Below are positions 54,034 to 63,933 of a stretch of 64,000 nt of DNA, in pieces (position 1 is the stretch's first letter; each line of letters opens with the position of its first letter). A program made the position numbers and the translations under genes. The notes beneath the pieces were generated by a model. It saw only the letters and a list, made by a program, of their open reading frames with translations, ran no database searches and was not told where the DNA came from. The stretch covers positions 512,001-576,000 of the forward strand of contig JAXHNB010000005.1 in the NCBI GenBank assembly GCA_034520945.1. Reading direction: 5' to 3'. This DNA is from Trueperaceae bacterium (GTDB taxonomy: Bacteria > Deinococcota > Deinococci > Deinococcales > Trueperaceae).

Positions 54034-56190
54034 CGCCGCCGCGGTGCCTGGGCGGGTGGGCCCGGCGGGTGGCGTGCATGGGTGTCCTCGCGCTGGGGCT
54101 CGCGGTCGCGCAAGAGCAGACGTCGCTTCTGCCCGCCCAGATCCGCGCCGGCGTGCCGGAGGCGGAGCTGCCGGTCGGCGCGCCGTGCCAGGTGCCCGGC
54201 GCCGAGTTGGAGATCGAGGGGGTCGGACGGGCGGTGTACGACCGGATCGAGGTGGACAGCGCCGCCGGCACGGCGCACCTCTCGGGCGGCGTGTGCATCG
54301 AGGCGCCCGGCATGGACCTGGTGCTGCGGGTGGCGGAGATCGACCTGCGCGACATGAACGCCGGAGACGGCGCGCCGCCGCGCATCGAGGCGCGCGAGGT
54401 GCAGCTGGACGTCTCCGGCTGGCGGCTGCGGGTGGCGCGCCTGGACGGGCCGATCGATGCGCTCCGCGCCGAGGAGGTGTTCCTGTTCGCCCCCGGCGCG
54501 GCCGGCGCCGCCGCCACGGTCGAGCTGGAGGGGGAGCGGGCCACCCTGTCGCAGGTGGCGCTGAATACCACGTACTACCGCATCACCGCCCGGCAGGCGG
54601 TGCTGGACGGCGAGGTGCTGACCCTGTCGGATGCGCGCGGCACCAGTTGCAGCTGCGAGGTGCCGCGCTACCACCTGAGCGGCCGCCGGGTGCGGGTCGC
54701 GCATCGGCGGGGGCGGCGCCGAGATCGACGCGCCGGTGGTGGAGGTGCTGGGCGTGCGGGTCCCGCTGGGGGAGACCCTCACGCTCGGACCCGAAGGGCC
54801 GGACCTGGACGTGCCGTTCGTGCTGGGTCCGCGCGAGGACCTGGGCACCGTGGCGGCGTACGCGCCGCGCGGGCGGGACGGCGTGCGCGTAGAGCTGGGC
54901 GGCACGACGTCGCTGACGCCCGAACCGCTGGCCACCCTCCGCGCCGAGGCGGGCGGGACGCGCATTGCGCTGGAGGCCGACCCGCGCGGCCTGTGGCTGC
55001 AGGGCCGCGCGCGGCACCCGCTGGGCGGCGGGGCGTGGCTCGACGCCTTCAGCGACACCCGCCTGCGCGACGGCGATGAGCGGCGCCTGCGCGCCGGCCT
55101 GACGAGCGGCATCGACCCCGAAACCCGCCTCCCGCTGGGCACGGGCGGCGAGCTGCGCGTCCAAGGGGCGTTGCGGGCCGGCGCCGAGATCGCCGCCGAG
55201 CCCGACCGGGACGTGGCCGGCCCGCGCCTACCGTTCCGGGCCGAGGCCCGCCTGCGCACGCCGCTCACCTCGTGGGCGCGGGCGGACCTGCGCCTCACCG
55301 GCACCGCCACCGCCTACCCCGGCATGACCCCGGGCGGGCGGGCCGCGCTGGACGTTGCGCCGTCGCTGCGGTTGGAGGGGCCGCTCGGGCCGGCGTCCGG
55401 CCGGCTGGTGCTGGGCGCACGGCGGCGCGTCACGATCGGGGATGGGCCGTTCGAATTCGACGACGTATCCGCCCGGGCGCGCCTCCGGGCCGACGGGCGG
55501 TTGCGTGCCGGGCCGCTGACGCTGCAGGCCCGCGGGGTGCGCCGCCTGGCGCCGGAGACGCCCGGTTGGGAGGCGCTGTCCGGCCGCGCGACGGCCGAGC
55601 TGGCGCTGGGGGCGGACTGGACGCTGCGGCCCGCACTGCGGGCGGAACTCGCCGGCCTGGCCGGTGGGCCAAGCGGCGAGGACTGGCTGCAGGCCGGCGC
55701 CACGGCGGAGGGGCCGATCGCGGGGCACGCCTCGAGCTTCGGGCTGCAGGTCCGCAGCGGCGCGCGGGACCTGACCCTGCGGCGGGTGCGCGCCTCCGCC
55801 GCGACGGGGTTCGAAGTGTCGATGCCCGGCGGGTCGGTCGTGCTGGAGCCGTCGTTGAGCGTGGACGTCGCGCCGCTGCTGCGCGGCGCCGGCGGCCCGG
55901 CCCTGCACGCGCACGGCCTGCGCGTCACCGTGAACGACTGCTGCGGCGGGTGGATGCTGGGCTACGAACGTGAGGACGGCGAAACCCGCCTGGCGTTCGG
56001 CGTGACCCTGCCGCCGCTGCAGCTGGACCGGCCGCCCCAACCCTCCCTGCCCACCATCCCGCCGCTGCCGTCGTTGGAGCCCTCGCCGGACCCCTCCCCG
56101 CAACCTGGCGACTCGGGCGCGGCGCCCGGCGAGCCCGGGCCCGCCCTCGCCGGGGCCTCGGGTCGGGCGGAAGGTCGTGACGCCCGATGA
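54030..56190 (+). CDS. LptD-like outer-membrane protein (frameshift at ~54700)
   Basis: Jellyroll-like N-terminus, TSCSCEVPRYHL motif, VLGVRVP, beta-barrel-like C-terminus with VNDCC. Confidence 0.6.
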
Positions 56191-57311
56191 GACGCCTCGA
56201 CCGCGCCCTCCTCGCCGAAGGCATCCCCGCGCTGGTGTTCGGCGCGCTGCTGTACGGCGTGCTGGCCGTCATGAGCGCCACCCTGCCGCGCCTGCAGTGG
56301 CTGGTGGGCGCCTCGGTGCCGGAGCTGCTGGCGTGGCTGGCGGCGCAACTGCCGACGGCGCTGGCGCAGACGATGCCGATCGCGCTGGTGCTGGCGGTGC
56401 TGCTGACGTTCGGGCGGATGGCGGGCGACCGGGAGTTGCTGGCGTGGCGGGCGGGCGGCGTGTCCCTGCCGCGGATCGTGCGGCCGATGCTGATCCTGGG
56501 CGCCGTCCTGACGCTGGGCACGCTGGCGATCCACCAGTGGGTCACGCCCCGCACGCACGCCTGGGTGGCGGGCGAGTACTGGCGCATGACCGCCGGCGGC
56601 TCCGGCCTGTTCCGCCTGGCCGGCCGCAGCCTGCCGGTGGCGGGGTTCACGCTGCACTTCGGCGGGGTGGACCGCGGCAGCGGCACCATCGAGGACGTGC
56701 GCATCGAGCAGTGGCAGGGCGAACGCCTCACCCTGCTCCGCGCCGAGCAGGGCCGCTTCGACGGCGGCGACCTGGTCCTCACCGGGCACCGCACGCAGAT
56801 CCTCGACCTGGCCGCCCTGGACGGCGCGTACGCCGACGCCGCTGCGCGGCTGCGGGCGTTGGTGCCGCTGGACAACCGCGCCCGCGACGCGTCGTCGCCG
56901 CTCAGGATCGAGCTGGGCGCGCAGGCGGACGACCTGGCGGCGCGCTTCTCGCAGGGCGGGTTCGAGGACCCCCGCTCCTTGAGCGAACTGGCGCAGGACT
57001 GGCAGCGCGAGGGCGCGCTGGTGACGGAACGCCGCACCGCCGGCGCGACCTTCATGCGGCGCCTGGCGGAACCGTTCGCCAACCTGGTGCTGCTGCTGGT
57101 CGCCGTGCCGCTCTCCCTGGGCTGGGCGCGGGGGCGCGGCGTGGCGTTCGGGCTGTCGCTGGTCGTCACGCTGGTGTGGTACCTGCTGCTGACGGTAGGG
57201 CAGTTCGCCGCGCAGGCCGGCACCGTGCCGGTGTGGGCGGGCCCGTGGTCCGCCAACGTGCTGCTGGGCGCGATCGGGGTGGCGTTGATGATGCGGTTGC
57301 GGACGCGATAG
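56187..57311 (+). CDS. LptF/LptG family permease
   Basis: MRRLDRALL, MPIALVLAVLLTFGRM, ELLAWRAGGVS; 3+3 TM topology. Confidence 0.9.
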   Translation: MRRLDRALLAEGIPALVFGALLYGVLAVMSATLPRLQWLVGASVPELLAWLAAQLPTALAQTMPIALVLAVLLTFGRMAGDRELLAWRAGGVSLPRIVRPMLILGAVLTLGTLAIHQWVTPRTHAWVAGEYWRMTAGGSGLFRLAGRSLPVAGFTLHFGGVDRGSGTIEDVRIEQWQGERLTLLRAEQGRFDGGDLVLTGHRTQILDLAALDGAYADAAARLRALVPLDNRARDASSPLRIELGAQADDLAARFSQGGFEDPRSLSELAQDWQREGALVTERRTAGATFMRRLAEPFANLVLLLVAVPLSLGWARGRGVAFGLSLVVTLVWYLLLTVGQFAAQAGTVPVWAGPWSANVLLGAIGVALMMRLRTR

Positions 57312-57339
57312 GCGCCGGACCGAAAGGCGGGTCGGGCGG

Positions 57340-58800
57340 CTACGCCGCGTCGGCGAAGTCCGCGAGCACCAACTGGTTGGGGCCCGCCTCCTTCGCGCGG
57401 TACAGGGCCACGTCGGCCGCTCGCAGGATCGCCTCGGGTTCGTCCACCTTCGGCGTGCTCAGCGCCAGCCCACCGCTCATGCCCATCCGTACGGTGTTGC
57501 CATCCAGGTCGAACGGCCGCCGCACCGCCTCGAGGATGGTCGCTGCGACCTCGCGGGCCACCCGCTCGTCGCCCGCTCCCTCCAACAGCACCGTGAACTC
57601 GTCCCCGCCGAAGCGGGCTACCGTGTCGGTCCTGCGTATGGACGAGGCGAGGCGCTGCGCCAACTGCTGGAGGAACGCATCGCCGGCGCCGTGACCGAGC
57701 TCGTCGTTGATGCTCTTGAACTTGTCCGTGTCGAGGTACATGACGGCGAAACCCGCCGCCGGATCGCGTTGCTGGCGCAACACGGCGTGTTCCAGCCGGT
57801 CCATGAACAACGCGCGGTTCGGCAAGCCGGTCAGCACGTCGTGCTGCGCGTCGTGCTGGAGTTTGGCGTTGGCGGCGCGCAGCTTGGCGGTCCGTTCCCG
57901 CGCCGTCGCGGCCAGCCGTTCGTTCGACGCCGCCAGCGCCCGCCGTGACGCCAGCAGGCCGCGCAAAAGGACGTAGGCGCCGCCTGCCGTGGCGAGCCCC
58001 ACGCCCGACAGCACCAGCAGCAACAACCGCATGCTGGCCTGCGCTTGCCCGTGCACCGGCCGCGCCAACGCTGCCCGCAGGACCACCGCCGGATCGCCGT
58101 ACAGGTCGGGGACGGGGAGGTACGCGGCCAGCTCGTTCTCGCTGGCCTCTTCGAGGCGAGGTTCGCTTGCGCCCGTCGGCGCCCGCGCGGTCAGCTGGAG
58201 CCGCGTCGCGGATTCGAGGCGGTCCAGTGCCTTGCGGTCCAGGCGCAGGGCGGCCAGCATCGTGCCCTGGCGCGGACCGGTCAGGTCACTGTGTACGATC
58301 GGCGCGGACGCGACCAGCGCAGGTCCCCTGGGCAGCGCGACCACGCCCGTGACCACGTCGTCCGGTTCGTCGTGCCGCAAGAGGAGGTCACGTTCCGCCA
58401 CGTGCGCCAGCAGTTCGGCGTGGAGGAGGTCGGCGCCGCGGGCGGGGTCGCGCCACACGAGCGCGCCGACGACCTCTGCCTGGTCGTTCAGGAACGACAA
58501 CAGGTCGAGGTCGAAGTTGCGGAGCACATTCTGCGTCAGGTTTCTTTCGACGTACGCCTGGTTGCCGTCCTGAACGAAGCGGTAGGTGTCGTCCCACGGG
58601 GCCCAATCCCCGACGACGTGGCCGAGTCGGGCCTGCTCGCCCCGTAGCGCCCGGCGCAGCCGGTCCATGTCTTCGATGGCCACGGTCCGCTCGACCGCGT
58701 CGAAGCCCCGCCACATCGCCGCCGACGTTGCCAGGTACACCACGGCCACGAGCGCGGCGACGACAGCTCCAACGGCGACAGCGAGGAGTAGGCGGCCCAC
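57340..58800 (-). CDS. CHASE4-GGDEF diguanylate cyclase
   Basis: TM, DWAPWDDTY (CHASE4), TM, HDVLTGLPNR, RRTD I-site, FGGDEF. Confidence 0.93.
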   Translation of the reverse strand: MGRLLLAVAVGAVVAALVAVVYLATSAAMWRGFDAVERTVAIEDMDRLRRALRGEQARLGHVVGDWAPWDDTYRFVQDGNQAYVERNLTQNVLRNFDLDLLSFLNDQAEVVGALVWRDPARGADLLHAELLAHVAERDLLLRHDEPDDVVTGVVALPRGPALVASAPIVHSDLTGPRQGTMLAALRLDRKALDRLESATRLQLTARAPTGASEPRLEEASENELAAYLPVPDLYGDPAVVLRAALARPVHGQAQASMRLLLLVLSGVGLATAGGAYVLLRGLLASRRALAASNERLAATARERTAKLRAANAKLQHDAQHDVLTGLPNRALFMDRLEHAVLRQQRDPAAGFAVMYLDTDKFKSINDELGHGAGDAFLQQLAQRLASSIRRTDTVARFGGDEFTVLLEGAGDERVAREVAATILEAVRRPFDLDGNTVRMGMSGGLALSTPKVDEPEAILRAADVALYRAKEAGPNQLVLADFADAA

Positions 58801-58955
58801 AATACGAGCATCGTACGTACCGGCGGCGCCCGGGAAGCGAACGGCAGCGACGAACGCTTGGCGCTCCGCCCGCGGCGCGCTCCCGTGGCGGCGCCAGGCG
58901 CCGGTAGTGAACGAGGAACGCCGTGCCCCGCCTAGGTGCTAGATTGACAGGCCTG

Positions 58956-61151
58956 ATGCCGGGCCTCCTGGACGACCTCACGCGCCAACTGGACTACCTC
59001 GACCCGCCGCAGGTGTCGAAGGTCGAGGAGGCGTACCAGGTGGCGGAGGACGCGCACCGCCACATGTCCCGCATGTCGGGCGAGCCCTACATCACCCATC
59101 CCGTCGCCGTCACCGCCCTGCTGGCCGAGATGCACCTGGACGCCGACGCGCTGGTGGCGGGCCTGCTGCACGACACGGTCGAGGACACCGAACTGACGCT
59201 GGACGACATCGAGCGGCGCTTCGGCGACACCGTCCGCAAGATCGTCGAGGGCGAAACCAAGATCAGCAAGCTGGCCGTCCGCGTCTACGCCGACGAGCAG
59301 TCCGAGAACCTGCGGCAGATGCTGCTGTCGATGATCAGCGACGTGCGCATCATCCTGGTCAAGCTGGCCGACCGGCTGCACAACATGCGCACCCTCGGCC
59401 CCATGCCGCCGCACAAGCAGCAACGCATCGCCAAGGAGACGATCGAGATCTTCGCGCCGCTGGCGCACCGCCTGGGGATCAGCCACATCAAGAACGAGCT
59501 GGAGGACCTGTCGTTCCGGTACCTGGAGCCGGAGCGCTACCAGCAGCTGCAGCGGCAGGTCCGCATGCGGCACGCCGAACGGGAGGAGTACGTCCAGGTC
59601 GCCATCGGCAAGCTGGAGGACCGCCTGACGCAGGAGGGCCTGTCGTACGAGCTGGCCGGCCGCAGCAAGCACCTGTACTCCATCCACCGCAAGATGCAGC
59701 GCGACAACAAGGGCCTGGACCAGATCTTCGACCTGCTGGCCATCCGTGTCGTCCTGGATTCGGAACACAGCGCCACCGAACTGGAGGGCGAGGAGGCGGA
59801 GAAGGCGGTCTGCTACCGCGCGCTGGGGATCGTGCACAGCCTGTGGACGCCCATCCCCGGCCGCTTCAAGGACTACGTCGCCGTGCCGAAACCGAACGGG
59901 TACCAGAGCCTGCACACCACCGTGATCGGCACGCGCGGCCAACCGATCGAGGTGCAGATCCGCACCCGCGCCATGCACCAGATCGCCGAGTTCGGCGTCG
60001 CCGCCCACTGGGCGTACAAGCAGGGCATCAGCGACACCGACGAGGTCGCCCGCCGCCTCAGCTGGATGCAGCAACTCCTCGACGCCGACGAGGACGCCGA
60101 CTCCGCCGGCGCCTTCGTCGACGCCGTCAAGCACGACCTCCTCGGCGCACGCGTCCTGGTGTTCACCCCCGCCGGCGACGTCCTGAACCTGCCGCGCGGC
60201 AGCACCCCCATCGACTTCGCGTACCAGGTGCACACCCAGGTGGGCCACCGCTGCATCGGCGCGCGCGTGAATGGTGAGATCGTGCCGCTCAGCCACGAGT
60301 TGCAGACCGGCGACCGGGTCGAGATCCTCACCAACCGCTCCAGCAACTACGGCCCCAGCCAGGACTGGCTCAAGATGACCGCCACCCGCAGCGCCCGGCA
60401 GAAGATCCGGCACTACTTTCGGTTGCAGGAACGCCAAGGCAACATCGAGTCCGGCAAGCGCACCCTGGAGCGCGCCCTTCGCCGCCACAAGCTGGGCATC
60501 GCGCCCTACACCACCCGCGCCAAGCTGGAGAAGGCCACCGAGGAACTGATCGGCAGCGACAACCCCGACGACCTGTACCTGGCCCTCGCCAACCGCCGCC
60601 TGCACCCCCGCCAGGCGGTCGAGGCGCTGGCACCGGAAACGGCGCAGGACCGCAAGCCCACCCTGCCCGCCCCGCCGACCGACACCAAGAGCGTCAGCGG
60701 CGTGTTCGTCGACGGCCTGGACTCGCCCGCCAACCTGGCGCAGTGCTGCAGCCCCGTCCGCGGCGACGACGTCGTCGGCTACATCACCCGCGGCCGCGGC
60801 GTCAGCGTGCACCGCGTCGACTGCCCCAACGTGCGGCACCTGATGACCAGCGAACCGGAACGCTTCGTCAACGTCACCTGGGACACCCCGTCGGGCGAGG
60901 TGTTCCCCGTCGACTTCGAGGTCGTTGCCGTCGACCGGCCGGGTCTGTTGAAAGACGTCCTGGACGTGATCGCGGGCATGAACAAGTCCGCCACCCGGGT
61001 GGAGGCCGACGTGCAGTCCGCCACCGAGGCCCGCATCCACTTCCGCGTCGACGTCCGCGACCAGGGCGAGATCACCTTCATCAAGGACACCGTCGGCCGC
61101 ATCGCCGACGTGACCCGCATCTACCGCAGCAAGCCGGGCCTCAAGGCGTAG
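58956..61151 (+). CDS. rel: Bifunctional (p)ppGpp synthetase/hydrolase
   Basis: LLHDTVED, KLADRLHNMRTL, RFKDY, YQSLHT, EVQIRT; TGS and ACT domains. Confidence 0.97.
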   Translation: MPGLLDDLTRQLDYLDPPQVSKVEEAYQVAEDAHRHMSRMSGEPYITHPVAVTALLAEMHLDADALVAGLLHDTVEDTELTLDDIERRFGDTVRKIVEGETKISKLAVRVYADEQSENLRQMLLSMISDVRIILVKLADRLHNMRTLGPMPPHKQQRIAKETIEIFAPLAHRLGISHIKNELEDLSFRYLEPERYQQLQRQVRMRHAEREEYVQVAIGKLEDRLTQEGLSYELAGRSKHLYSIHRKMQRDNKGLDQIFDLLAIRVVLDSEHSATELEGEEAEKAVCYRALGIVHSLWTPIPGRFKDYVAVPKPNGYQSLHTTVIGTRGQPIEVQIRTRAMHQIAEFGVAAHWAYKQGISDTDEVARRLSWMQQLLDADEDADSAGAFVDAVKHDLLGARVLVFTPAGDVLNLPRGSTPIDFAYQVHTQVGHRCIGARVNGEIVPLSHELQTGDRVEILTNRSSNYGPSQDWLKMTATRSARQKIRHYFRLQERQGNIESGKRTLERALRRHKLGIAPYTTRAKLEKATEELIGSDNPDDLYLALANRRLHPRQAVEALAPETAQDRKPTLPAPPTDTKSVSGVFVDGLDSPANLAQCCSPVRGDDVVGYITRGRGVSVHRVDCPNVRHLMTSEPERFVNVTWDTPSGEVFPVDFEVVAVDRPGLLKDVLDVIAGMNKSATRVEADVQSATEARIHFRVDVRDQGEITFIKDTVGRIADVTRIYRSKPGLKA

Positions 61152-61206
61152 GGGTTGCGCTGGGCGCGACGGCGTCAGGCGGGCGGGTCCGGGTAGCCTG
61201 GGCGCC

Positions 61207-61725
61207 ATGAGCGAACCCCGCGACAAGATCGGCGTCCTGTTCGTGTGCATGGGCAACATCTGCCGCAGCCCCACCGCCGAGGGCGTGTTCCGCGACAAGC
61301 TGGACCGTGCCGGCCTGGCGGACCGTGTCGAGGTCGATTCGGCCGGGACGGGCGACTGGCACGTCGGTCAAGCCCCGGACTCGCGCGCGCAGGAGGCGGC
61401 GAAGCGCCGCGGCATCGACCTGTCCGACATCCGTGGCCGGCAGGTGGAGCCCAGTGACCTGTCGCGCTTCGACTACCTGCTGGCGATGGACGGCGGCAAC
61501 CTGTGGAGCCTGCAGGCCCTGGCGCACGGCGCCCGCGGCCGCGCCGGCGCGGAGGACGGCGACCCGCCCCGCATCCAGAAGCTGCTGGAGTTCGCGCCCG
61601 ATGCGCCCCGCAGCGACGTGCCCGACCCCTATGCCGGCGGGGAGCGGGGCTTCGAGGAGGTGCTGGATCTGATCGACGCCGCCACCGACGGCCTGCTGGA
61701 GGAGGTGCGGGGGCGGCTGTCGTGA
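61207..61725 (+). CDS. Low-molecular-weight protein tyrosine phosphatase
   Basis: FVCMGNICRSP, DVPDPY. Confidence 0.95.
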   Translation: MSEPRDKIGVLFVCMGNICRSPTAEGVFRDKLDRAGLADRVEVDSAGTGDWHVGQAPDSRAQEAAKRRGIDLSDIRGRQVEPSDLSRFDYLLAMDGGNLWSLQALAHGARGRAGAEDGDPPRIQKLLEFAPDAPRSDVPDPYAGGERGFEEVLDLIDAATDGLLEEVRGRLS

Positions 61726-62591
61726 GCAACGGCGGCTCGCTGGAGGCGGCCGTCGCGGAGGCGTTGGGCGCGTCCGTGACGGCGTCGGAGGCGCTGAGTG
61801 GCGGCATGATCGGCGCGGTCCGGCGCGTGTCCCTGTCGGACGGCCGGCGCGTGGTGGCCAAGACCAGCCCCGGCGGTGGGCTGGAGGTGGAGGCGTTCAT
61901 GCTGCGCACCCTGGCTGCGTCGAGCCCGCTGCCGGTGCCGGCGGTGCTGCACGCCAGTGATGACCTGCTGGTGCTGGAGGAACTGCCCGGACGTCCCGGC
62001 GTGCGCAGCGACGCGGCGCAGGCGCACCTGGCCGAGCTGCTGGCGGAGACGCACGCGGTCGAGGGGCCGGCATTCGGGCTGGAGCGAAACACGCTGCTGG
62101 GGCCGTTCGAGCTGCCCAATGGCTGGATGGAGGACGGGGTGGCGTTCTTCCGGGAGCGGCGGTTGCGATGGGCGTTGGGGTTGGCGGCGGAATCCGGGCA
62201 CCTGCCGAAGGGGCTTCAGGGCGAGATCGAGGGGGTCGCGGCCCGCTTGCCAGAGCTGCTGGGCGACTACGCGCCCCGGCCGGTGCTGCTGCACGGCGAC
62301 CTGTGGTCCGGCAACGTCCTCAGCGACGGTGAGCGCGTCACGGGCGTGCTGGACCCGGCGGTGCACTACGGCGACGCCGAGACGGAGTTGGCGTTCATCG
62401 ACTTGTTCGGCGGGGTGGGGCAGGCGTTCTGGCGCCGCTACGACGGGCTGGCGGGCGTCCCTGAAGCGTTCTGGGCGTGGCGGCGGGCCTTGTGGCAGTT
62501 GGTGCCACTGCTGGTGCACGTGGCGTTGTTCGGCGGTGGGTACGTGGGGCCGCTCCGCGCGCGGGTGCAGCAGGTCGTGCGGGCTTCGTGA
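61722..62591 (+). CDS. Fructosamine kinase family protein
   Basis: FFRERRL, LLHGDLWSGN, LDPAVHYGDAETELA, LLVHVALFG. Confidence 0.92.
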   Translation: MSNGGSLEAAVAEALGASVTASEALSGGMIGAVRRVSLSDGRRVVAKTSPGGGLEVEAFMLRTLAASSPLPVPAVLHASDDLLVLEELPGRPGVRSDAAQAHLAELLAETHAVEGPAFGLERNTLLGPFELPNGWMEDGVAFFRERRLRWALGLAAESGHLPKGLQGEIEGVAARLPELLGDYAPRPVLLHGDLWSGNVLSDGERVTGVLDPAVHYGDAETELAFIDLFGGVGQAFWRRYDGLAGVPEAFWAWRRALWQLVPLLVHVALFGGGYVGPLRARVQQVVRAS

Positions 62592-62997
62592 TGGTCGTGC
62601 TGGCGCTTTGGGCACAGGTAAGGCCCCGCCGGAGACCAACGGCACCTGACGATCACCCCTTATGGCTGCTCCTTCCGGCCTGACCAGGTTCGGGGGTCGC
62701 CACCGCGTTGGGCCAGCGGGACCGGCGAGAGCCTATCACGGGAGGCAGGCGCACCGGAGGCGCGGCTGGACATGGGCTCGCCGCGGCGTGTGACGGGGCT
62801 GCGCCGGCATGGACTGGGCGATGAAGGGCAATTGAGGGTCGCCGCGCCACTTGTGGCGAATCTGTAAGAGTCCTGTGAGAATTCGGGAGTAGAGTCATAG
62901 GTGAACGCAGGCAAAGGGCTTGTGTTCGAACTTCAAAAGGGAACGCCCGACGATCATTCATCCCTACTCGGACGTTCCAGATCGAAAGGAGCGCATC

Positions 62998-63441
62998 ATG
63001 CGCAACAAGAGTACCGGGGGTTTCACCCTCATCGAGCTGCTGATCGTGATTGCGATCATCGGGATTCTGGCAGCGGTTCTCATTCCGAACTTGCTGAACG
63101 CTCGCGAACGCGCGTTCGATGCTGGGGCACAGACCTGTCTTCGGGAACTCAGCACACAGGCCGAAGTAGCGGCCAGCAACTCGCCATTCGTGTACACCGA
63201 TTTGGTCGTCGACAACAGCAAGAATCCGCCCACTGTGGCCATTGACGGAGCTACTGCGGAGCCCGTCAACTCGTGTGAGAACGTGACCATCACGTCCAGT
63301 ATCGCGGACACCACATTCGGTTTCGCCGCGATTCACAACAGTGGCACGACGGCGTACGGAGTCACGAACGGTAGTGGAGTCGAGCCCTACACTGAGATTA
63401 CCTTCAACGGAACTGCTCCGGGCGTTCCGACACAACCATAA
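62998..63441 (+). CDS. pilA: Type IV major pilin (Thermus PilA4-like N-terminus)
   Basis: MRNKSTGG|FTLIELLIVIAIIGILAAVLIPNLLNAR class III signal with E5; AAGGAG SD; two Cys. Confidence 0.93.
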   Translation: MRNKSTGGFTLIELLIVIAIIGILAAVLIPNLLNARERAFDAGAQTCLRELSTQAEVAASNSPFVYTDLVVDNSKNPPTVAIDGATAEPVNSCENVTITSSIADTTFGFAAIHNSGTTAYGVTNGSGVEPYTEITFNGTAPGVPTQP

Positions 63442-63469
63442 GGCTGACGGCGTTCAGACTGATGCAGTT

Positions 63470-63494
63470 GGCGCCCTTCGGGGCGCCCACTTTG
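63470..63494 (+). terminator. UUCG hairpin/terminator between the two pilins
   Basis: GGCGCCC-TTCG-GGGCGCC followed by CACTTTG. Confidence 0.65.
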
Positions 63495-63505
63495 TGAGGC
63501 GCGAC

Positions 63506-63868
63506 ATGCACCCACTCTTCCGTCGTGGGGGATTCACGCTAATCGAGGTCCTCGTTGTCATCGCGATTGTAGCTGTGCTCGCGGCGGTCCTCATACCGGT
63601 GGTTCTCGCCCCTCGTGGGCTCGCGTACGACACCGCCACGCAGACGTGCTTGAAGGAGGTCGGCACCCGCCAAGAGGCGATCGCAACTGAGAGCCCCTTC
63701 GAGTATGATCCCGCCTTCGATCCGAGTACAGTCGCCGCCTGCGAAGGTGTGAATGTGACCGTGGACCACGTCGAGGACGACGACTACAGGTACACGGGCC
63801 TGCACGATTACGGCGAGTACCTGTATGAGGTGACGCCGGGAACGCCGGTCAAGAGGGTCAACGAGTGA
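63506..63868 (+). CDS. Second type IV pilin, paralog of the first
   Basis: MHPLFRRGG|FTLIEVLVVIAIVAVLAAVLIP; QTCL..SPF.Y shared with pilin 1. Confidence 0.9.
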   Translation: MHPLFRRGGFTLIEVLVVIAIVAVLAAVLIPVVLAPRGLAYDTATQTCLKEVGTRQEAIATESPFEYDPAFDPSTVAACEGVNVTVDHVEDDDYRYTGLHDYGEYLYEVTPGTPVKRVNE

Positions 63869-63900
63869 CCTAACGCCCTCTCTTGATTCGCTGTGCTGAG

Positions 63901-63930
63901 AGCCCCGCCCTTGTGGCGGGGCTATCTTCG
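63901..63930 (+). terminator. Intrinsic terminator after the pilin pair (intron target)
   Basis: AGCCCCGCC-CTTGT-GGCGGGGCT followed by ATCTTCG. Confidence 0.75.
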
Positions 63931-63933
63931 TTG

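Noticed and set aside
62591..62683. 30-aa ORF MVVLALWAQ... overlapping the fructosamine kinase stop
   Set aside because: Only the TGATG overlap supports it; no recognisable features.
62900..62990. c-di-GMP-I riboswitch in the pilin leader (GGCAAA)
   Set aside because: Lacks the GNRA-capped P2 and the GACGCAAA junction.
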